Source: a candidate division WOR-3 bacterium
GTDB lineage: Bacteria > Hydrothermota > Tepidihabitantia > B3-TA06
Direction of reading: 5' to 3'
Assembly: GCA_965649265.1 (NCBI GenBank)
Contig: CBFGKC010000017.1
Location: 1 to 52,023 of the forward strand
DNA length: 52,023 bases
Shown here piece by piece: positions 47,101 through 52,023 of this stretch (its first letter is position 1; the number at the start of each line of letters is the position of its first letter). Both the position numbers and the translations under genes were made by a program. Below the pieces are notes generated by a model, which was not told the origin of the DNA, ran no database searches, and saw only the letters and a list, made by a program, of their open reading frames with translations.

Positions 47101-47309
47101 ATTATCCTCCAGGGAGGAATGGTACACCGTTTAGGTGACAGGTCAACTTGCTATCAATAACACGCAAGGTTCATAGCAGACTAAGGAGTGTTGTTATCGT
47201 CATTGCTCTCCGCATCATTACTCCTAATTTCTTAAGTGTTATTCCTTGGGTTCCCTAAAAGAAAACCCCTCTCTTCTTTTTCCTATTCGGTTTTTTGTTC
47301 CGGCTCGCC

Positions 47310-48581
47310 TCATTTGTTAGAATTAGTGTGATCCGCACCCAATGAGAAGCACAAAGAAAGGTGAAAGGTGTGCGGCGTGTATCCCTGGAGAAGTATGTTG
47401 CGGTTCTCGAAAACAATCTGCGCAAATCGCGTGATGTAAAACCGGGCTTCAGTTCTTATCGTTGGATAAAAGGGATGAGAACCTGAGTCAAGTATCAACG
47501 AGTACAAATTCAGCGGACTGAATCCGCAAATAAGATCCAATCGGGGTACAAAACTATCACGCTTAAATAGTTTTCCATATGTCGCTGATCTGATATGACG
47601 TTCAGGTCCTGACAAATAAGAAAGCCCTATTTCAGGCGACAACACCTCTGAAGTAGCCGAACCCACATCATAACCTCGGAATCCCATCTCAACGCGCAGA
47701 ATCTGCAGACCTGCTGCAAAGCAGAGATTTCTTCCCCAGTACAATCTAGCCATCCCAAGGGACAATCCAAAATCAGGAATCGCGAGTTGATTTACGGCAA
47801 CCGTATCTTGTTTATTCGTAAACAATCCTGCCCCAGTCTGAATACTTGCCACATCAAAGGATACAAGGCTTGGTCGAGGTATACCTGAAGACATAGTTCG
47901 TGGTTTAATCTGCGGGATCGAATCAATCTGTTCATTCTTAATATCCTGGTTTGAGCCTTCATAATCAGCACCGAGCGCAAGACAAAGGGACAAGTGGAAA
48001 GTATGTAAAGGAACGGACCACATTTGGTATGTCGTGTCATAAATCCATGCGTTTCTATTTTCGAGAATAACTTGTAATGATCTTGTAAGCAGCACCTTTG
48101 CTTCAGATTTGATGGTTGGGGAAAAGCTTATGGGGTTGGCAGTATTTCTTAAAAGTGCCGTGTTTACCGGGCTAAAACCGAGAGTTATTTCCATTCTAGG
48201 AACAAAGCTTTCGCATCCAAAAAGATTCATGCATGCCTTTGACTTGATATTTTGTTCCTGACCCAAAATACGTGCCAGGCCGATCTCAGGCATCATGAAT
48301 TCAGACGTGCCAAAGCCCTCAGAACCTGCTTCCATTCGCATAAGTTCAAACCCGCCCACAAAGGCTGTTCGCTTTCCCCAATACATTCTTGTCTGACCTA
48401 TTGAAAGGCCCAAGTCGGGTAAAAGAAGAAGGTTACTGTAAAAAGGATACGGCTGGAATGTAGACCAAGGACTTAAAACAACACCCCCACCAACTTGTAC
48501 GCTCCCGATATCGAATGAAACCAAGTTCGGTTTCGGGAACCCTGAAAAGAGACCAAGTGCGAACGTCACAAAGTTGAGCAT
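47310..48581 (-). CDS. hypothetical protein with two tandem ~200-aa beta-rich domains
   Basis: Internal duplication P.LVSFD..S.Q.G / YWG / PEIGL / SFVPR / HTFHLSLC..LGAD. Confidence 0.75.
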   Translation of the reverse strand: MLNFVTFALGLFSGFPKPNLVSFDIGSVQVGGGVVLSPWSTFQPYPFYSNLLLLPDLGLSIGQTRMYWGKRTAFVGGFELMRMEAGSEGFGTSEFMMPEIGLARILGQEQNIKSKACMNLFGCESFVPRMEITLGFSPVNTALLRNTANPISFSPTIKSEAKVLLTRSLQVILENRNAWIYDTTYQMWSVPLHTFHLSLCLALGADYEGSNQDIKNEQIDSIPQIKPRTMSSGIPRPSLVSFDVASIQTGAGLFTNKQDTVAVNQLAIPDFGLSLGMARLYWGRNLCFAAGLQILRVEMGFRGYDVGSATSEVLSPEIGLSYLSGPERHIRSATYGKLFKRDSFVPRLDLICGFSPLNLYSLILDSGSHPFYPTIRTEARFYITRFAQIVFENRNILLQGYTPHTFHLSLCFSLGADHTNSNK

Positions 48582-49199
48582 TTACTCGCCTCCTTTGTCT
48601 ATGATATAGTCATTCCCCAAAGTCAAACACAATGAAAGATTTGTCGAGTTCAACTGTACTTCTTCTATCCATGCGTTTTGATTTGAAAGGATAAATTGTA
48701 GTGAACGAGCTATCGTAAGTTTGATCTCGGTTCTTAACGTCGGTAAAATAGATATATTCGGATCAATTCCTAAAAGGCTAAATCCAATAACCAAATCAAG
48801 CCTGGGGACGAAGGTTTTACTATAGACCGGTAGTGCATCCACGCAAGCTTTCGGAGCCAGCCTGGTTTGAGCTGGTGCAAGAAAACGAGACACTCCAAAC
48901 TGGGGCATGACCAAATTGATATAGCCATAGACGGGTCTTGCAGTGGCGTTTTGTATGAATTCTACTTGACCACGGGAAAGCTCAAGCCCGGTTAAAATGG
49001 TCCACTTCTTACCCCAATATAGCCTTGCTTGTCCTACGGCAAAGCTTAATTCGGGCACGGAAAAACTATTACCGGGGTAAATCGAAGTAAAAATATAACT
49101 GCCACCTGCTTGAATGCTGGCAAAATCAATCGAAACAAGGTCCGGTTTAGAAGAACCTGGAACAAGTCCCAGCACGAACATCACGAAGTTGAACATCAT
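48582..49199 (-). CDS. hypothetical protein, single copy of the same domain
   Basis: PDLVSIDFASIQAG, RLYWGKK, TFVPRLDL, NLSLCLTLG. Confidence 0.75.
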   Translation of the reverse strand: MMFNFVMFVLGLVPGSSKPDLVSIDFASIQAGGSYIFTSIYPGNSFSVPELSFAVGQARLYWGKKWTILTGLELSRGQVEFIQNATARPVYGYINLVMPQFGVSRFLAPAQTRLAPKACVDALPVYSKTFVPRLDLVIGFSLLGIDPNISILPTLRTEIKLTIARSLQFILSNQNAWIEEVQLNSTNLSLCLTLGNDYIIDKGGE

Positions 49200-49262
49200 T
49201 CCTCCAATCCAATCAAGATTTTCGAGTCAAGGAGAGCGAGGTAGCGGCTGGAGGCCGCATGG

Positions 49263-49340
49263 GCGGAACTTCGTTCCGCGAGGGGGTGTTATTTCCTTTG
49301 AACAAAAGCTGCAGATGGAAATACCCCGAAGGGGTACGGG
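49263..49340 (+). repeat. copy of the dispersed hairpin repeat
   Basis: gcggaac-ttc-gttccgc hairpin, gggggtgttatttccttt, caaaagctgca, ataccccgaaggggtacggg. Confidence 0.75.
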
Positions 49341-49511
49341 TCCCTACCGTCATCATCTCCATAACAAAAAATATAGTCTGAATTGGAATCTTGTCAAGCG
49401 TGGCGATTATAGGTATGAGCTGGCGAAGTAACGCAAAGAGAATATCCTAAACGACTATGAAAAAAGGCAAAATTGGTTCCCCATAAAAACACTCTATGTT
49501 TTTATGGGATG

Positions 49512-50519
49512 TCAACATATCCTCGGCAGCTGCTCGCCCTCGAGGATCAGGAGCGGACGCTCGGTACCCAGCAGGGTCCGGAGCCAGAGGCCGCCAGGCG
49601 TTGACCTGACCTCGCCAATTACCGACGCGGATGCCCCAAGTTCATGGAATCTGAGAACTTCGAGGACGCGATCGGCGTCCTCCCCTTTAACTATCGCGAT
49701 CAAACGGCCCTCTGATGCCAGATAATACGGGTCGAGCCCGAGCATCTCGGAGACACCCCTGACCTCCGGTTTGAACGGCACCGCCTTCTCGTTTATAACC
49801 ATGCCGAATCCAGAAGCTTCCGCCAGTTCCGCAAGCGTCGTCGCCAGGCCGCCGCGGGTTGGGTCGCGCATGACTTTGACGTCGACATCAGCCTCTATCA
49901 ATGCACACACAAGCGGCCATATTGAAGCGACGTCCGAACGGATTTCCTGGCCAAGGCCGAAGCTAGAACGCGCCAGCATCACGGCGGTCTCGTGGTTTCC
50001 AAGTTCACCTGATACGATGATTGCGTCGCCGGGCTCGACGCGCTCAGGTGCAAATGTCTTTTCGTGTTCGAGAACGCCGAATCCCGCAGTCGTGATGTAG
50101 CACTCATCCTTATCTCCCTTTTCTATAACCTTAGTATCACCGGCAATCAGCTTCATCCCCAGAGCGTTCAACTCCTCGGCCATCGAGGCGACAATCCGCT
50201 CGAGAACGTCCAGCCCAAGCCCTGCCCTCAGAACGAACCCGGCAGTCATAAATCTCGGCCTTGCGCCTTTTACCGCGAGGTCGTTCGCGGTTCCGCACAC
50301 TGCCAGCTTTCCTATATCCCCTCCGGGAAAAAATAAAGGCTCCACCACGTGCGCGTCGGTCGTCAGCGCGATTCTCCCCCTCTCGACCGGCAGCTCTGCC
50401 GCATCCTCCATCCTGTCGAGTATCGGACTACCCAAGTGCTTGAAGAACAACTCCTTAATCAATCTAGCCGTCTTGCGGCCGCCCGAGCCGTGCCCTAGTC
50501 CTATGAAACTATCTTTCAT
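49512..50519 (-). CDS. hypE: hydrogenase maturation protein HypE
   Basis: HGSGG, FFPGGDIGKLAVCGTANDL, MRDPTRGG, C-terminal LPRIC. Confidence 0.96.
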   Translation of the reverse strand: MKDSFIGLGHGSGGRKTARLIKELFFKHLGSPILDRMEDAAELPVERGRIALTTDAHVVEPLFFPGGDIGKLAVCGTANDLAVKGARPRFMTAGFVLRAGLGLDVLERIVASMAEELNALGMKLIAGDTKVIEKGDKDECYITTAGFGVLEHEKTFAPERVEPGDAIIVSGELGNHETAVMLARSSFGLGQEIRSDVASIWPLVCALIEADVDVKVMRDPTRGGLATTLAELAEASGFGMVINEKAVPFKPEVRGVSEMLGLDPYYLASEGRLIAIVKGEDADRVLEVLRFHELGASASVIGEVRSTPGGLWLRTLLGTERPLLILEGEQLPRIC

Positions 50520-51618
50520 ATTTGTAATACGCGGCGCACGCGCCCTCCGAAGAGACCATGCACGGTCCGACTGGCGACTCGGGTGTGCAAATCGATGCAA
50601 ATAATGGACAATCAGGCGGGGTAATCTTTCCCAGGAGCACGTCCCCGCAGCGGCAGCCTGTGGAAGCTCCAGTGTCGCCGTAACTTATTGGAGCAAGCCT
50701 GAGTTTGCGCTCGACATCGAATTCTTCCCACTCGTCCTTGAGCCTCAAACCCGTGTCAGGAATTACTCCTAAGCCGCGCCAGACAGTATCCTTACGATCG
50801 CACATCCCCTCGATAAGGTCCAGCGCATGTCTGTTGCCTTCGGGCGAGACCACCCTCTTGTATTGTATCTCAAGTTGAGGATTATCTGCACTTACCTGCT
50901 CAGCCATCAAGAGCACCGCCTCCAGGATATCCAGCGCTTCGAAACCGGCAACCACCGACGGTTTCCGGAACTCCTCGACGAGAAACCGGTAAGGCTCTGT
51001 TCCAATTATCGCACTTACGTGACCTGGAAGAACAAAGCCGTCGATTTTGAGCTCAGGGTGTCCTGCAATCATCCTCAGTGCCGGGGGGATCAGCTTGAAC
51101 GACGAATAAATCGAGAAGTTACGTATTCCCCTTCTCTTAGCCTCGGTAACTGTCGCGAGAACGGTGGGCGAGGTTGTCTCGAAGCCCACACCCAGAAAGC
51201 AGAACTCCTTTCCCTTCTCCTTTTCCGCCATGTCCAGAACGTCAAGCGGCGAATATACGACTCTTATATCCCTTCCCCTGTCTCTTTCCTGCGCGAGTGA
51301 ACCGTTCGTTCCCGGTACGTGCAGCATGTCGCCGAAGGTCGTCACCACTACATCTTTCATACCTGCGAGAGATATGAAGGCGTCGATCTCCTCATCCGGG
51401 GTCACGCACACTGGGCAGCCGGGTCCTGAAAGTAATTTAACCTTTTCCGTAAGTGCTTTTCTGATTCCGGTCTTCGAGATCGCGTGGGTGTGGGTACCGC
51501 ATACCTCCATGAAAGTCAAGGACTTAGGTACTTTATCCCTGATCCTCCCAATCAACCCTTTCGCCAGTTCCACATCCCCGCCCAGTCTCCTCAGCGTTTC
51601 TGTAAGTTTTTCACTCAT
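50509..51618 (-). CDS. hypD: hydrogenase maturation protein HypD
   Basis: MEVCGTHT, GPGCPVC, GFETT, PGHVS, CMVSSEGACAAYY. Confidence 0.97.
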   Translation of the reverse strand: MSEKLTETLRRLGGDVELAKGLIGRIRDKVPKSLTFMEVCGTHTHAISKTGIRKALTEKVKLLSGPGCPVCVTPDEEIDAFISLAGMKDVVVTTFGDMLHVPGTNGSLAQERDRGRDIRVVYSPLDVLDMAEKEKGKEFCFLGVGFETTSPTVLATVTEAKRRGIRNFSIYSSFKLIPPALRMIAGHPELKIDGFVLPGHVSAIIGTEPYRFLVEEFRKPSVVAGFEALDILEAVLLMAEQVSADNPQLEIQYKRVVSPEGNRHALDLIEGMCDRKDTVWRGLGVIPDTGLRLKDEWEEFDVERKLRLAPISYGDTGASTGCRCGDVLLGKITPPDCPLFASICTPESPVGPCMVSSEGACAAYYKYER

Positions 51619-51844
51619 CGAGCTTTGCTTCGGTTCGGACAAGTTCCTCTATCATCCTAAGTGTCTCGAGCGCGTCCTCTTCCGAAAGGAGCTTTATCGC
51701 AAATCCTGCATGTAGAATAACATAGTCGCCGACCTTTGCCTCGGGAAGCATGACGAACGAGGTCTCGCGCACTACGCCCTGGTAGTCCACCTTGCCCCTA
51801 TCTCCGTTCAATTCAATGACTTTTACCGGAATCCCTATGCACAT
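51611..51844 (-). CDS. hypC: hydrogenase maturation chaperone HypC
   Basis: MCIGIP, GDYVILHAGFAI. Confidence 0.96.
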   Translation of the reverse strand: MCIGIPVKVIELNGDRGKVDYQGVVRETSFVMLPEAKVGDYVILHAGFAIKLLSEEDALETLRMIEELVRTEAKLDE

Positions 51845-51851
51845 GAGGTAA

Positions 51852-51879
51852 ATTATAGGCGGCTTGGAACCAAGGTCAA
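51852..51879 (-). promoter_or_regulatory. leaderless promoter of hypCDE
   Basis: TTGACC-16-TATAAT-7nt-ATG, no RBS. Confidence 0.75.
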
Positions 51880-51962
51880 CCCCCCTCAGAGCCCCCCTCA
51901 GAGCCTTCCTCAGCCCCCCTCAGCCCTCCTCAGAGTCCCTCCTCAGAGTCCCCCCTCAGAGA
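51880..51962 (+). repeat. imperfect tandem repeat, 7 x C-rich CCTCAG unit (10-13 nt)
   Basis: CCTCAG at 51884, 51896, 51908, 51918, 51928, 51941 and 51954. Confidence 0.9.
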
Positions 51963-52023
51963 GAATAATTGCAATGACTCTTTTGCAATCAGGCGAGGCA
52001 AACTTCAAACCGCCTTTTAGACA

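Overview
A 52-kb stretch of bacterial chromosome from a diderm anaerobe. Secreted proteins with FlgD-Ig/T9SS-type C-terminal domains, DUF6029 and a group 3b hydrogenase fit an FCB-associated lineage such as WOR-3 (inference only). It begins in the 3' end of an IS481-like element. Recognisable genes are a group 3b NiFe hydrogenase operon (hydBGDA), hypCDE, an ABC-2 exporter plus ABC-F operon, purD/purE, a CDF transporter, a TsaC-phosphatase fusion, HU, mtnA, a pseudouridine synthase, a TPR protein, two fadD paralogs, hpf-hprK-PTS IIA, DUF362, a CHASE2 protein and scpA. Most notable: (1) an 8.7-kb cluster of exported CxxC thioredoxin-fold (Omp28-like) proteins with TlpA and a DUF6029-like barrel, a candidate cell-surface thiol-redox system; (2) an unannotated 27-aa leader peptide with a complete alternative-pairing attenuator upstream of the ABC/ABC-F operon; (3) a dispersed hairpin-rich repeat family forming a small repeat-spacer-like array that replaces the 3' end of scpA; (4) promoters with mostly 16-bp spacers and several leaderless genes. 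No rRNA, tRNA, CRISPR array or cas gene was recognised. Family assignments come from motif recognition by eye, not database searches.
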